From NCBI GenBank assembly GCA_964304625.1, contig OZ199840.1, positions 3,818,290 through 3,882,289 of the forward strand: 64,000 bases of DNA, in the 5' to 3' direction. This DNA is from Kudoa neothunni (lineage: Eukaryota; Animalia; Cnidaria). Shown here piece by piece: positions 35,890 through 51,944 of the stretch. Within the stretch, counting starts at the first letter, position 1; the number at the start of each line of letters is the position of its first letter. A program made the translations under genes and the position numbers. The notes under the pieces are model-generated. The model saw only the letters and a program-made list of their open reading frames with translations. It made no database searches and had not been told where the DNA came from.

Positions 35890-38800
35890 TTAGTGTTCAT
35901 CATTGCAATCGTCGAGTGTTCCAGGGCTTGTAATGTGCTTGTTATCAAATAATGATTTGCGCATTTTAGACTTAGTGACGTCCGAGTCCTACAACGACAT
36001 TATGTAAACTCCAATGGAAATACTCATTAATGTAACGCATACATGTATGGTCTGTCTGGCGGAACTTTTGGAGCGAGTTTTGTTGAAGGTATCTCTCAAT
36101 TGAGGTAAATCTTTAAAGCTTTTTTTATTTTTCCTATCAAGACATATAAAACGTTAATATAATAAAAAATAATTTACAGCTCATTTTTAGGCATTATTCC
36201 TATAATCGATTTTTTTCTGGGTTTAGTGGAAGTTGATGTATTATTTGCATCGTTACCAGCTCCTATGATGCTACTTTGGCGTCGTCGTGATTCATTCGAA
36301 GACGATGGACCTTCCATTGTTCCTGCTGAAACAATGCTATCCTAAAAGAAGAATAAATGTATATGACAGTTGGGTGGTATTTTTCGTAATTAATAAAACA
36401 GCCAAACTCCAATCAAATAAATACATCTCTAATTATTTGGCTTCTTTCGGAAAATTCTTGAATATCTCTGTTCATACGTCAAAGTATAACAAGAAGAAAA
36501 AGAATGATGAATAAATTACTTTGAGTTATCACCAAGAGAAACTCCAAGCTAAATAGAAAATATTAGGTGAATTGGTTATGGTTTGAGTATATCATGAGTG
36601 AAGATCATACATATTTTTCCAGCTCGATGCAGACTGTGGAGAACATTTCAATTAATTTTTCATGAAGACCCGCAATATTCGCATCCATTTTCTGTGAATG
36701 CAATACAAGGCCTTCCCTTGTGAGATTCACTTGTTCGATGATTGCATCCTTCATTTGTATAACAAAATGGGCATGGCTTGGATTGTTTTTAGGGAATGCT
36801 GGGGTTAAGAATGACTATAATTAGGATTAATTGTTTGAGTAGTTAACTAACTATAATTGATAACTAAAATGAAAATTCATTGGCATTTATCTAATTTATT
36901 TCTCCTACTTGCGCTTATCCCTCTAGAAATAATTCGTTCGTTTAAATTTGAAAGTTATTTAATTAAAAACATAAAATTAGATCTCATTATTTAATTGTAA
37001 TGTTAAAAAACTCTGAATTAGTTGAAATACTAAAATAAAAAATTGCCAGTATTTTCTCCTTCTCCATTTACGACTATTAGACGAGCTATGTATTTACTTC
37101 ACAATATTTGGAAGTTCCTCCGTTGACTGCAGAGTCGATAATACCATTAAGTAACGAACTGAGTTCAGTGAGTTTAGCGTTAGGATCGTTCGCTACTTTC
37201 ATTATAGTTTTTGATAGAAGGCTGTTTTTCTTTACAATGTCGTTGATACCAACTTCAATGGGTGAGAGGGTTTTTGTGGTGGTATTCATAATACAAGCCC
37301 ACTCAGAGAAGCCTGGGAAAGTGAATTCTGTTTCGTAGGTGATTTCTTCGACCCATTTTTTCTATCAAACAAAAATTATCAGAACTCTCCTTATTTTTTA
37401 TAAATATTTTCACATACATCTACTTCTTCGGTGAAGCCTAAAGGCTTGAACCTCACAAATTTGTTGACTTCATTCACCAAGTAGTAACTAAATCATTATG
37501 AATTTATACCCATTAACTGACAACAGTCATTTTAAAATAGTGATAAGAATTACGCCTTAATATCATCATTTCCATATGGATTATTAATGACTTCATTTTT
37601 GCGGGGGATCGCTGTTATACCGACACATAAGATGGCTAAAAAAGTAAATTCACCTATGTTGAATATCTTTGATATGGAAATACTTTTAGTGTTGGAATTT
37701 TTTAACTCCTCACTAATAGCGTTAGTATTTCCGGATACTTCGGCTTCAGGAAAGTTGGCTTTGAGTTTTTTGATGAGATCTCCCAGTTTTAGGAAGTTCT
37801 TTCCACGATGTACAAATGTTTGATTCTATATTCAACGCAAAGGGTATAAAAAGTGTATTTATTATTCGAAATAAAATTAGATATTTCATATAGACTACAT
37901 ACACGTACTGCCACGTGGAATCCTTGTCCAAAAAATCCAACCCAGAAATAATCTGGATCAATTCTCACTTCTTTTTGCACAGACTCATAATATCCCGACA
38001 TAAGTGCAAGGAGGTTAGCCGAAGCGCTGTAATCCATGTAGATGGAATCATATGCTTCGAACATTTCTTTACACAATTGAATACATCTCATGAAGCACTA
38101 CGAGATAATTTTGACTACCATTAAAAGAAAAAACACGCTAATTCCATTAACATACCTGTCCTTGGTAGTAAAATTCGAGACTGTCTCTTAGTAGTGCATC
38201 TTTGCGTTGATATTCAACTTGTTCTGGACATGTGTCTGTTTCAGGCAGATAATTGTTTGTCCACTAGAAAAATTATTATAGTCTCGTTAATCAAAGATTA
38301 ATATTATATAAAATTAAATGATACACCAAGTAATCGAGACGTTTCGTAGAGACAACAAGCAGCTTCAATATAATTTTCTTGGGTTTCTTGAAGAGTCGCC
38401 AAACGATTAAGACTTCTATCATAGAGATCATTGCGATTAATTGATTTATAGAATGCCTATTTATTATATAAAAAATTATAACTAAAACAAGTGTGAAAGC
38501 AGTTACAGCAAATTTGTAGGCGCAAACATCTTGAAGTATATTCGATAAAAAGCTTTCATTATCGACAAATCTAAATTAATTATTATTTTAGAGTCATGTA
38601 TGCTTGCTACTAAAAAAATATAGCTACTTGTATTGCGAAAGGTTCCTAAGAGTATCGGTGATACGAATTATTTTTTGAACGAGAGCACTTTTAACTGATG
38701 GGTCTGAGCAGGTTTCGACCAGCCTTTTCATCACCATATCAAAACGTTTCACATAAGCTTCAATATTCGAACATTTGTCGAGATTTTTATCAATACTATC

Positions 38801-41800
38801 AATAATGATATTTTCAACTTCGTTAGGATCGTTGGGATTGATCTCAGCGCATTCTTTGAGTAGTGTTTGATAGACCATTGTAAGCGATATATTTCTCAAT
38901 TCTATTTAGGATACAAAATTAAAAAAAAATATATCGATGAATAACAAATGTATATACGGTCTTGATCTATCATAGTTATATCGATGAAAGGAGCAAAGAA
39001 ACTCTTATAATGATCCACACGTTTGTTTTCCAACTTTTCCCACACGACCATCAATATTTTGAGTATTTTGATTCTCATGTCTCCATATCTAAATTAAAAT
39101 CATTAAAAATGTGACTGCGGTAAATGCGATAACATACGTAGCTAGAATACGTTCTCTTTTGTAGCCAGCAAAATTTTCCAACTGTAACGCATGATGTTTC
39201 AAAAGTGTGAGCAATAGTTCCAACCATTTTTTAAAAAACTAGATAAAAATGTTTTTATCAAATCCACCACATCAAAAGTAAATATTCGGCCGTACGAGTT
39301 TATTGTAGGCAAGGACTTGATCTGATAAAATCAATCCACAGTAAAATACACATATTTTTGTTACGGCACTTAAACATAATAATAAATTAAGTGATATTTT
39401 TCATAAAAAAATTACGAGCAAGCCACCAATGCCAATGAAAATTGATTTTTTGAAATTATTTTGAATGACAACGACTTGAGAATAAATTTAATTACAGTGA
39501 GAATATTTTTCTACAACCAAATCAAAACAACCTATTTCACAGTATACATCAAATACAAGTTTGCTTTCTGTGCACATATTTTCATAGTAACAATTAAAGT
39601 CGTTCTTATCAATAATAGATAATATGGACAACATCACAGGAATAAATCCACTCTTTGGATGTGAATTAGGTGGGAATACTTTAACAACAAAAATACTTGT
39701 TTCAACTTTGACACATGTGAAAATGACGACAGTTTTATGATGCAAACATTCATGTAATGTAGCAATAAATGATTGATTTTCCTGTTACATTCTGTGGCTG
39801 CTTCATCCTTTAAATATTAGAAGAGTTCGGTCGAAAAGTAATGAATGGGTGCTTTTTAACTACCTGTTCAGATAATGAAAGGGATTCAACTTTAGCAACC
39901 AACTCCTTCATCGGAGGAATATAATGACTAGGATCCTGACATTTGTTCACTATTTTTTCCAGCTGTTCAAACAGGAACGGAACGATAGTCATTCTAATTT
40001 CTACATAAAAATCATTTCGTAAATTTTATATTTAGGAATCAATATGTCGACACCATTAAGAGTTACAATGTTAATTTAAATAAGTAAAATATATAAAATA
40101 AATAAAAAACATTTGATATATTATTTATAAAATGATGTCTATCAAGATAAATAATTACGAATGTTTTCAATAAGAGGCTGTTGAATTATACAAAGGATAA
40201 AACTGGAAGCAATATTCAAGAGGTTGCTACTGGTTATATTATTTGATGTGGAGAAACAGTCGGTTATATTATCTGATGACATCAAAGAAAGGTTGATATT
40301 TTTGATGAGCTCGGTGAGTTTTTCAATGCTGTAAATTGTCGAAATAACAGGAAGAATTTTTGGGAGTGCAGAAATAAATTCAACCTATCAATATAATCGA
40401 TTTTACTTAGATCACATAAAGTTATATTGCAAGTAGAGTTATTATATAAGTTTGAGTTATTGGCCACGTTATGTTTAAATCTTTCAACTTAGTAAATTTT
40501 CAATGAAAATTTATTTAATCCTGCGAGTAAAACGAGGTATGTTTCGATCTAAACGAAATTGTGGTGCATATCTCTCAAAAATTATAAGATTTGAGTTATC
40601 TGAAATTTTTCCTATTTTTTATTACGTGTTAATCATTTCAGAATATTTGTTCAAATATTTATTGACCATTTCAGTAAATTTTTATAATTAGAATATTTTC
40701 TGAATACAGTTGTGTGTATTTATACACCCAATTTTTGTATTTTACATAGTTTAGTATAAAATTGGATAATTATTAATCGGCCAAATTGAACAAACTTTTC
40801 TATGAATGTGCGCGTATATTTAGAAGAATTAAATATAAAATTAATAGTGAGATCGTTTATTATCCTTCAAACAACTTACGTAATAGACAGAAAATATCTT
40901 TTCAAAAAAAGATACGTGAAGTATAAATATGGGATTCCAAATGAACCAAACTTTAATTTTATTCCAAAGATGCTAGATTTTGGTGTTTTACCAATGAAGG
41001 TCAAATTTACTTTAAGAACTAAATTAAATTATTCATCCCATTTTCTAAATGTAAATAACTGTATTTAAGTTTTTCGTCTGTTTTAAAAATAAATAGTTAA
41101 ATATCGTTTTTATTTAAAAAAACCAAAAGAAAAATTTTTTAATTTTAAATATACCATATAATGGATTAAGAATTATTCGTAATTATTAAAATGATGTTAA
41201 ATATAACACTTAGCCTGGCCAATAATAATTTAAAACTGTTTAGTCCAATTCATATCGGCTAATTTTAATTTCGCCTGGTTTAAATTATTCAATGGGAAAT
41301 CACCTTGATGGGGAATGTGTAATCGTCATTGGTGGCAAACGTTTTGCATGTGAATTCGAAAATGTCGTTGATTAGATCAGAGACACCATTGTCTACTCCT
41401 TTTATAGCACCCCTATATTTGAATACATGGAATCATATTTCGTACTCAACGAGTGTAAATCAGATGAAATTCACTTACGGTACACACTCCCCAGAACGAA
41501 TCATCATTTGGATAATGTAAGGTAGTACCTAAATTTTCAATAATTCAAATGCCAGCAGAAGAAGTAATGGATTAAATGTAAAAAGACAATTTTAAATTCC
41601 AATAAAAATTTGTAATTTATCTTCAAACAATAAGATTATTATTTTTTAGTTTCAGCTACAGTAATCACTGATGATTTTTTTCGTAAGAAGCACAAAATAC
41701 ATTTAAATCAAGAGAATGGCTTTTTAGTTTCTCATGTAGTATTATCTAAAAACACAGGAACTTTAAAAGAAATAATATGGACGTCTTCATCTTTAAAATG

Positions 41801-44800
41801 ATCAATTTTTACGTTTTTATTAGAAAACTGTCTATTATCATCTATAATCCATATCAGATTTTATTGTTGCATATTTGATCAAACTACGTCTTCTTATTTG
41901 TTAGTTATAAATACATAAATTCTTAGGCATTTTAGTGGATAAATATGTAATTAACTTATCTGGGGGAATTTCATAATTTGGTTAAATAGAAAATTGTTAT
42001 AAACTATTAATTAAATATAATAAAAAACATTTCAAATAAAATATAGCTGTAATATGGAATATTTTCTTAGTTAATAATATTATTTATTTTATGAGTGGTT
42101 AACTTTGTTATTTCTAGGATCTACCCGTAATAATTTATGATATAGTGCACATCCAATTAATCTTCATTGTTTTATATATTCTTTAATAATATTCATATTC
42201 ATATTTAATAAAGCAAATAATATTTAGATACATATTGCATCAATTCTGGACGTCATTTAGAATATTGATATGTACAAATAAATTAGACAAACATTAATTT
42301 ATTCCGGTACCGTCATATATTTATTTCTAGACGTTTTTCCTTAAGAAATTTGATAATAATAAGATACTCATATAATGTATTCGATATAACAATTTAGTTT
42401 GCTTAATTTGAAAATTAAAATGGCTTTAATAATTAAACAGAATTTACTAGGTTTACACAAAAAATAATCGAAATTTTTTAATAAAATTGAATGAGTAATT
42501 TTATGTTTTAAAGAAATAAATTGAAATCATTATTTACCTTATAGAACCCCTTGATGACGTCCCGATTCTCAATTTGTTGTAATCCGTTGAAGCATTCCAT
42601 TATACAAGTATAAATATTGCTATCGAATAAAAAAGATCGATATTAAGTAGAATTAGATGAGTGGAAGAATTACTTTTTGAAAGTAGCTGATTCCATAGTA
42701 ATAAGTCCATCGCGGAATTTGCTGAGTTCGATGGGAGTGCTGTTTTCGGTGAGTACAGACAATGTGTTGATGATCACTCGAAGCTGCTTCTTAAAATTCA
42801 CCTTAACATACTCTCCAATTTGCACCACATTGAAGATCATTTCGTAGAAGAACAATTGTCGTTCATGAGGTGTACAGTACATAAGGTTGGAGAGCAGTTG
42901 ATCGAAATCTGTACTGTCGATATAATTTTTGAAGTATTTCAATGTTTGGATGGAGACATTTGTTGTGAGATTAGTGGCGACTAGTTTTGTCTGTAGAATA
43001 AGATAATCCTTGGGATTGTATTGTGGGAAGCCTAATTCCTCGTTGGGAGGTCCTTTATTTTTGGCACTCGAGTCCATTGAATAGCTGATAAATGGCCATT
43101 TGAAATAATCTTTAACTTTTCTAAAGTCAGCATGCTCCATTTTATAAAGGAATAGTTTATATTCTCCATCGGAAACCATCGCACCAGTTTTTAAGTTTTT
43201 CAAGTGCAGGACAGTGAACACCAAGTCAGAATTTGGGGATCCACTTTTGTCTACGAGAACATAGTGATTGGTAAAATATGTAATTACCTGATGTGGAATA
43301 GTTGGTAACAACAAAACGTATATGTGAGCTTTCCATTTCGTTTTCTGAGAGTGTTATCTATACAACGAGATTAAGTTGCAATATCGCCAAACTGGCTTCT
43401 CAGTTTACCCTGAAACCATCACAAAATGTAGGATTTCCAGTTTGAGAGGATACCATCGATCGGAATTCCATTTGATTGCTATTGTTATCGCTTTCAAATA
43501 TACAATTCTATGTTAAATGGGAAATAAAGAAAAATTCAATGAATCAAGAAAGTATCAAATCCGAAAATATACCCTTATCTGTCCACTTGAGGATACCACT
43601 GCAGCTCGTAATCCAAGATTGACTTTGGAGACTTTTCCGCCTACCGATACTTATTTTGAAAGACTTTCTCAAACAATATAATCTACATTTATCAATGTTT
43701 GATTCTTTTAATTGAATATAAAAATCGCAGCGTTGAGACTTTTGACCTATAAAAATACATATCATTAGCTACAAGCTTTGAAACATATCCGATAAATATA
43801 CATAAGTTGAATGTCTGATTAATCTCCGTAGATCGTATAACGGGAGTGTAGAATTTGAGCATATCATCATATTTTTTGGAAATCTAACACACAAAATCAT
43901 TAAAAAATCCCCTCCTATTTAGCTAGTTAGTTATTCGGCTATTTAATTACTATGTTGTATTCACCAAGTATAAGTGAGACTTTCAAATCTATGCCTATTC
44001 CATGGTTATAAGTTTCAGTGGTAAATAAAAAAATTGATTACAGAAAACCGGAACTTTATTTCCTATATTGATTAGGAAGGATTCAAAGTGTTTAACCTCA
44101 GACGTAGGGATTCTTTGTATATTTAAATATAGTTGATTATTCAGAATTATTCATTTACGTATAAAAGTTCATAAATATTGAAGTAGGTTCGGTAGTAACT
44201 CGCTTACCAGCAATACTGTTGATATCGGCGACTAGTAAATAATGTATAGACAACGAAATAAACATGTATATAAGTCTTACCACCAGCATAAACAATTCTT
44301 TTGCCGGAATGGTCTTTTTTATCTAATTGAGCCTTACTACATCGATATAGTTTGGCAATAATTTGTAATGATTTATTCAAGTCTGAAATCGTGAATCCCT
44401 GAAAAGTAAATCGAATCAGCAAAATATTTTAGCCATTTAAAAAAATAATAGTTGTACAGTGAATAAGCATTTTTTAACTTTATCTCCATTTTTGGGTTCT
44501 TGATAGCTGAATTTATCGTTTGTCCAATTAACCATATAATGATCACTACAAAAATATGCATTCGTAATTGCGAAAAAATATCTTTTACCTCAAATAGGTG
44601 TGTGGAGCTTGCCCAGTGCAAATACTGAAATAGATGTCGCTTGGCACTTCAGATTTTGATGAAGTGCCAGTTATCTCCATCAAGATATTTCCAGTGCTAT
44701 GCATTCCCGATGCGGAGCTCACCGTTTTCAAATTGTTAGATTGCTTAATAGAGGAATAAGTCTGGAATGAACCGTCAGCATCTGCATTCCCTTGGCGCGA

Positions 44801-45799
44801 ATGTGCAACATTTGCAGTCTCCTCATACTAGGATATATCTGTTAGGGGAACAGATGTCAATGAAAACAGTTCGTTTACCAATCGGAATAGTTCTGAGGTA
44901 TTTTCATGTCTAAAGTCCACACTCCTTTTGTTCAATCTTACAATAATTTCCATATCAAACATTCTACAAGAAGTTTTATTGTGATTAGTTATAGAGAGAA
45001 AATATCACTGGTTCAATTTGTCCATATTTTTAATCATCTTATCAATTATTCTCTCAGACAACTAAACCCATGTAATTCTATATATTTGATTGAATGGTGA
45101 CTAGAAAAACCAACCTGGTTGATATCTTCAACAAGAGTAGATCTTTGATTAATAAGTTCAGTCAATATGATGTAACTGTCGTTAAAGGTTTGCATGTTGG
45201 CCATCTAAATTAAACATTATTATTTGAGAAATATAATTAATTCCTATCCGATAAAAATTTATACCAGCCCGTTAATTAACTCAAAAATTTTGCAAAATGA
45301 GTCAAAAAAGTGTTAATATTACTCTAAACTGTTTGAACAACTCCACTAAATATTCTTTAGATCGAACTGACGACTCTCGGTAGATATCATCTACCAGACT
45401 ATCGCTTCTATAACATAAAATTAACACACACATGCTCGCCAAAATGGAAATACATCACAAATCTCAACGAAGATGTGTGTACATATGACTTTGGAATGAT
45501 ACCCAAAGTTTCTTTATATCCCACAATATAGCCACAATACCACACTATATGTGAATATGAAAATATTTAATGAATTTTTTATTGACAAATTTTTAAATAT
45601 TTTAACTACATCCATATTTGGCTGTAATTATTAGATTGTCTCCTGGTTTACACACCAATGCTTCCTTTACGTCCTCTTCTTTAAAGAAATACAAAGCTAG
45701 ATAATTTTATAGTTTGTATAGCTGAATTTTTGTGTCGGTCAATTTCAACATACCAACTCCAAAATGTTCGTCCTCGTTAACAACTGACCATTCTACCAT
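35890..45799 (-). CDS. DOCK1-5 family (CED-5/Mbc-like) Rac GEF: SH3, DHR1 (C2), DHR2; >30 exons; 3' end approximate
   Basis: N-terminus MVEWSVVNEDEHFGV plus SH3 (WYCGY..GIIPKSYV); DHR1 ..DGEYKLFLYK; DHR2 RIDPDYFWVGFFGQGF..NQTFVHRG..LSSLLNGIIDSAVNGGTSKY. Confidence 0.9.
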
Positions 45800-47548
45800 T
45801 TTCAACCAATAAAGGTTATTATAAATATTTCGCTGTTAGTCGCAACACTATTGTGTATACTAATAGTTAGCCTATTTGGTCGATCACACACACGCACTAG
45901 TATCAACCCCAAATATAATATACAATATGATGCTTTTTATTAGCGTGGATCTTAATCGCCTAACTCATTCAGTTTCATTATATTTAATCTAACAATTCTT
46001 ATCATTAAAGATTGCGTTAATTATTTGCTATTATGGATACGATTGAACTTTATTAAGTTAAACTTTTCCGAACAAATGTAATATCATGTGGCATTCTCTT
46101 TCGCCAATAAAGGACTCCAGAAAACAGCACAAATTTTAATACACAGATTCAAGATTGAATTAGATAAATGATATTCAATCTAGGAATACTTTCGGTCAAT
46201 TTCCTATTCATTTTATTATCCGTTTATCACCGGTGTACATTTACTATTCTTTAACAACTAAGGAAGAAGATCCTTTTAATTACTTTGGTGAATTATTGTT
46301 ATTCATATATTGAGAATAATTCGTTGAAATTTCTACCATACTTTTGACCATCATAAGGTTAGTACTTTGTTGTTGAAAAATTAAAATAAACTTACCTACC
46401 GAAAAATTTATCAGAACTAGCATAAAACAATTTTTACATGGTTACTATTTTTGAGATTAATTCATTTATTCAATCGGTTGTCGTAATTCATCGTTATGAA
46501 TAGAATTTTATAAATATTACGTAAAGTTACGCCCAAATTCTTACTGCCAACAAATAAATATCAATAACTCATTGAAAAACTTGTATTACATTTTTTATTT
46601 GTAGTTTACTAGTATAAATACAAAAAATTAATTAATTTTATAATTTTGGAAAGCACATATTTTTTTGATTTATATTAAATTTTTTAATTTTCGATTTAAA
46701 TAAATATTATTTTTTATGAAATCAATGATAATTCCAAATTTTTATAGTTCTACTATTTAAGAATCATTGATTTTTATTTGAATAAGCCATTGTACAAAAA
46801 TTTTTAAATTCATATCAAGAATAAAATTTGTATACAAATTTATTTTTTTACCTAATAAAATTTTATAATAAAATATTAATCATATCTCTTATTCTAATAC
46901 TTTCTGTTAGTACTACAATTGTAGGATTGCGTGCATCGGTTTTCAGTACTGTATAATAGATGTATATCCACAGCAGATAATTAGATTATTTTTTCATTTA
47001 TCCAAAACATTAAACCAGTCATCAACTTTTATCAGATAGAAAATGAATTTTCAGAGTATAGTAATGCCTCTATACTGCTTAATATTTTTGGACCGAGGAA
47101 AAATTATGCAATATCATGTAATCGGCGCACGCACGATAAGTTCAAATTGAATATTTCTTACAAAATAACTCGTATGTGTTATGATTTTCTATTCATTTAC
47201 TAATATTTTTACGGACGGCATCCTTAACTGGATGTAAAGAAAATAAGTTTTTTGAATTCTCACCGATACGTGCCTTTTTAGTGGATTATAACGGTTTTTT
47301 CTTGTAACATTATAATGATTTCATTTTTGTTTTTAAAATCAGGATCTCCACTAAACACCGTAAATTTACCTTGATCATGCTCGCTTAGATATATGATTTT
47401 GTTTTCTCCCAAAAAAATAATACTATTAACATTGATATCCATACATATAAGTATTAAATTTTTCCATTAATTATTTTAAAACGTTATTTCATTGCATTAA
47501 GTTAAAGTTTATAGCTTAATTTTGAAATAAGAAAGAAGAAAAAATCAA

Positions 47549-48110
47549 TTATATTCGTTTGAAAATAGACGGCTTATAAACACAATTACAACTTTTTGAT
47601 ATCGTAACCATTTGCCAGACGAATTTTAACGTATTTAAGAAATAAAACACAGCATTATTTATGTATTTCACGACTGTCCTCTTCGAATAGAATATATTTG
47701 GATAATAATTGTTCTTTAATTGACCTTTAAGATGTAGGTTATTACCAGATCCATAGGCTGCACGCTGCACCACACAGCAATCTTTTTGGCTCTAATATGA
47801 ACTCGATGATTTCCTAATTATCGATCGAGTTAGGATATGATGGGCATTGTCATAATAAAATTAAAACTTTTCTGTTTAATTTAACGAATCTACGTTTCAT
47901 ATCTTTGATGACATGATAAAATATTGATGAAGACATCCAACCAATCATTTCCGAATGGTATTAAGCCAGAAACTCTCTAATTCAACTAAAACAGCCTGGT
48001 TTCTTAAATTTTCCTATTGCGTGTGATCGCAATTTTTATGCTGTCATTGATGCAGTGACCAAAACCGTAACACGCTTTTGAATTGTATTACGTCATTTAC
48101 ATTGTGGTTA
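47549..48110 (-). mobile_element. Decayed Tigger/pogo DDE_1 transposase
   Basis: Minus strand across stops and frameshifts: KRVTVLVTASMT..AIGKFKKPGCF..GWMSSSIF..NRKVLILL..SVQPMDL..WQMVT..CNCVYK. Confidence 0.75.
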
Positions 48111-48530
48111 TTTTTATTAGTTTACGTAAGCTGTTTCAGGAGTTCATAAAAATGAGCCGTCTCATACAAATTTAATATGTATTTCGGATTGTACCCCGTC
48201 AAAATCTCGAATGACTTTTCCTCCCATTGATAAATAAATGTAAACTCACAACGCTCACTGCTTCTCCGTACAATTTAGAGTTTTCCAGACTGTAACGCAT
48301 CCTTAATTTTAAAAAGCATCCTTTGCTATAATTAAAATCGTGTATTATGTCTTTCGAAATAATAAAAACTATTTCGATATTTAAAAAACAAGGTAATCGA
48401 TTTTTCTCGCTTCGAAACCGCTCAGTTGTAGAGATAATTTTCAATATCTACATTATTGTCAGGTTTAAATATTTTTCTATTCTGCAATGTTTGATTCTGT
48501 AGTGTCATCTTGCTTAGATAAAAATTTATC

Positions 48531-49627
48531 CAGCATTGCCAACCATGCCCGATTTTTTCCATGTGTTTTATTTTATCCGATTTTTACTCTTGTTCTTTGA
48601 AAGACTGAGTATTCGCAAACCAATGTTAAAATATAAGGAGTTATTACAAATTCACAAAAAATGGAATTTAATCGTTGCTGATTTCATTACGAGAAATCTT
48701 CCATTAGATAAATTTATACCTGGAACAATGCTTTATTTCAAATTAAAATTTCTGCAATAGAAGTTCACCAAACGCAAGATACAATTAGAAATTTTAATAA
48801 TTCTTAAAGCCGATGTAATAAAAAACTTGAGCTTAAAAAACACATGCCAAAAATTTATCAAAATGAACACATTTTCAAACGTTATTCTCCTGTTAAGATC
48901 AGCATTTCTTATTTTTTACCACTATTAGCGAAAAGGCACGGTTTTATCATGACCATGAACCATTTGGTAATTATTATGAAGAGATTTTTGTGTTTGAATT
49001 TAAAAAAAAGACTCTGATGTTGGTGATATCCAATGCTAAGTTATCGTTACAAGTGTTTATTATTAATTTTCAAAAAATTCTAATTTTTTGGTTTTATCTA
49101 AACAAGTTAAAACTTGACCGAATATTATCTGCTTGACTGATTTTTCTTAATTTTAATGAATAAATGGTCGCACATGAAAATAAAACCTCATCTTGGTATA
49201 GTTGTTGTGTTACCAAAAAATTGAACGAAAGACTGTAATACAATTGTTTTAAATTAATGGAATCGAATAGGCTCAAAAATAACGTTTGTTCGATTAAATT
49301 ATCAGTAATCGAGTTTTAGGACATTGTTTATCGGAAAATACAACACATCCTTACTTCCACTAGCTCTGATTATCGCTTCTCCGGAAAGAACATTTTCGCT
49401 TCTAGGATTATCGAAAAAATCTGAAGAAATAGAATGTTGTGCTCTTCGTTAGATAATGTTGTTTGAATTATGAACTTTTTCGAAACATCGACCAAACAAT
49501 ATCATGAATTTGAAGTTCCTGAGTTAATTAAAAATTAATGTAATATTTATACATACAAATAAATATTAGTTCTGTTTTTACAAAAAATTCTGATTTGTCA
49601 GATGTCCGATTTGGGTTGAAAACGCTG
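48531..49627 (+). mobile_element. ~1.1 kb non-autonomous TIR element, copy 1
   Basis: Ends CAGCATTGCCAACC..GGTTGAAAACGCTG; colinear end to end with 55528-56583; no clear TSD. Confidence 0.85.
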
Positions 49628-51098
49628 CTTTTAATTATTTGGACATAATTTCATTTGTCTTTTTGAAGTTCATTAATGTTTGTTCTATGACTTTCGACCT
49701 AATACATTGTATTTTGATGGAAAATTTAAGCAAAATAATGATGGTTAGATATTTGAGTTTTGTTAAATATTCAAATAGGCATGATTTTACAAGTTCTAAT
49801 ATTTGACACTCGAGAATTCTTTTGGCGGGGTTTATTTGGGAACTGAAGACGTTGAGGTTAACTCAAATTTATATTGTTTACACATAATGATACACTTTCA
49901 AACCTTATTTAAAAATATATTATTTGGATTAAAAATCCTTATCAATAATTAATAAATTTTTACGTTTAAAATATTCGAGTAGCAATCCAATCTCACCTCA
50001 AGAGAAACTATACGCAACATTCTCTAATTGTTATTTTCGTTAGACTAACACTTCACAAAAATATTTATTGATGTTAAAATTTTTGTAGATAAGTGAATTA
50101 TTACTATTAAATTGAGATTTTCTTTCCTTATCATGATAATTTACGACAACTTATTGATTTGTGATTTCTTCTACGCGGCGGGATCTCATACATTTCCGCT
50201 GTACTCTATTGAAAATAACGCTAATATTCAAAGCATATAGGAATTTTTTAATATCTTACTAAAATTTCAAAAAGAATTCGATTTTTAAATTTCACCACTT
50301 CTTTATCAATTTTATACACTGATTATCAATGGATATAAATTTTTTTCATTATACATTTCTGTGGCGGATACAGAAAAAAACCTTTTCGAATTCTATTAAA
50401 AAAACTTGGTTTAAAGAATAGAATTATTTAAAACTTTATACATTAAATTCTGAACAAAAATTTCATAGTTACATAAAAAATGGTCACCTACCCCCAAAAT
50501 TCGAGAAATAGGAAATGTAAATATTTCTTCTGAATTTATTATACATAAAATATATCAATTCTAAATGAAAACCAAGAAATAATTTCATAAATTTATTTAA
50601 AAATCAACAGCTTCGTGTCATTAAAAACGACGTTTCGCGTGTATTAAATAAGGTTACATTGGCCGGCTAGAACTCATGTCGCACGTGGTTCGTGACTTAA
50701 ACCCCTGAACTTATTAGTAGTATAGAAAACGCCATTTTCGTCCTCTAAACATATTTTACCGCTATCGTATTTACGAATAAGTTAATTTTAAGTGAATTCA
50801 ATAAATATAGGATGATTAAAGGATCATACTCATCAGAAACTTTTAATAAAAACTAACTTAATACATTAATGAAATCAGTTTTATAATATCTTAGTTATTC
50901 TAGAAGATAATCCTTACTGTAAAAATAAACAGTGCTCTTCTCATAATTGCAATAATTGATTTTGTAAATTTGCAGTTAAAATTAATTGATTATACGCTAA
51001 ATAATTGATTTCGGGAATAAAAATTAAATTTTGGGCACCCCTACTTGGTATATATAAGATAAATCTAGAGATATTGAGAGCATGGAGCAAACATTATA

Positions 51099-51944
51099 TC
51101 GCGACTTAAGGGTCGTGCGTAATCAAAGAGGAAATCAAAACCACGACCCACGACACGTAACTTTACGCATGCGAAATTAAACAAAAAATTATGCTATGTT
51201 TTGGCCTACTAGGGTATTTATTTAATTTAATATTTGATTTAATTTATAATGTAATACGATTTAAAATTTGGAGATTCCTTAAAACTGTATTATGTGAAGT
51301 GTTAAATCTTTTTATTAAATCATAAACCAACTAGTAGATACAGGAGTTGATTTTGAGGCATCATAAGGAATTAATTAGCTTTATTAATAAAACATATCGA
51401 GAATCTTTTATCTATTTTGCCCTCATCAGTTCAATTCACTCTTCCGTTAGTAAATCAAAATCCAAATTTTCTCCCTTTGAGAATTTTTATTGCTTTCGAA
51501 TGGAACAATCGCTACAATATTAAAACAACCAGTTTAAATAGATATGATAGTATTCAAGGCAGACCTCATTTTTACATCGAATGTCTTCATTGTTTCAGAT
51601 TTAACGTTTGATTTATTCACTACTTTTTTATAATATTCTATAATTTCAACTTTTGAGATAGAGTTGAAATTTTATTTCCATTTTTTGACGCACAAGCCTT
51701 AATCTTCGTAGTTATGAAAAAGAAATCATTACGTACGAGCCATAATCTTCGTTGTTTTGAAGAAAATTCATTACGCACGACGCATAAAATGCGTAAAAAC
51801 TATTGATATTTTAATTTTTCTAAAGTCAAATTAAGACAATAAGTTACTTTTGTTATAAAGTTTATAGAGTAAAGATTAAATTTTCTATGTATATTCATTA
51901 TTTTACGTTTCATTACGATATTACGTATGACCCATAAGTCACTG
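51099..51944. mobile_element. TA-flanked MITE upstream of the orphan membrane-protein gene
   Basis: GCGACTTAAGGGTCGTGCGTAAT is inverted relative to ATTACGTATGACCCATAAGTCAC; internal TTACG(C/T)ACGA repeats at ~51729 and ~51771. Confidence 0.6.
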
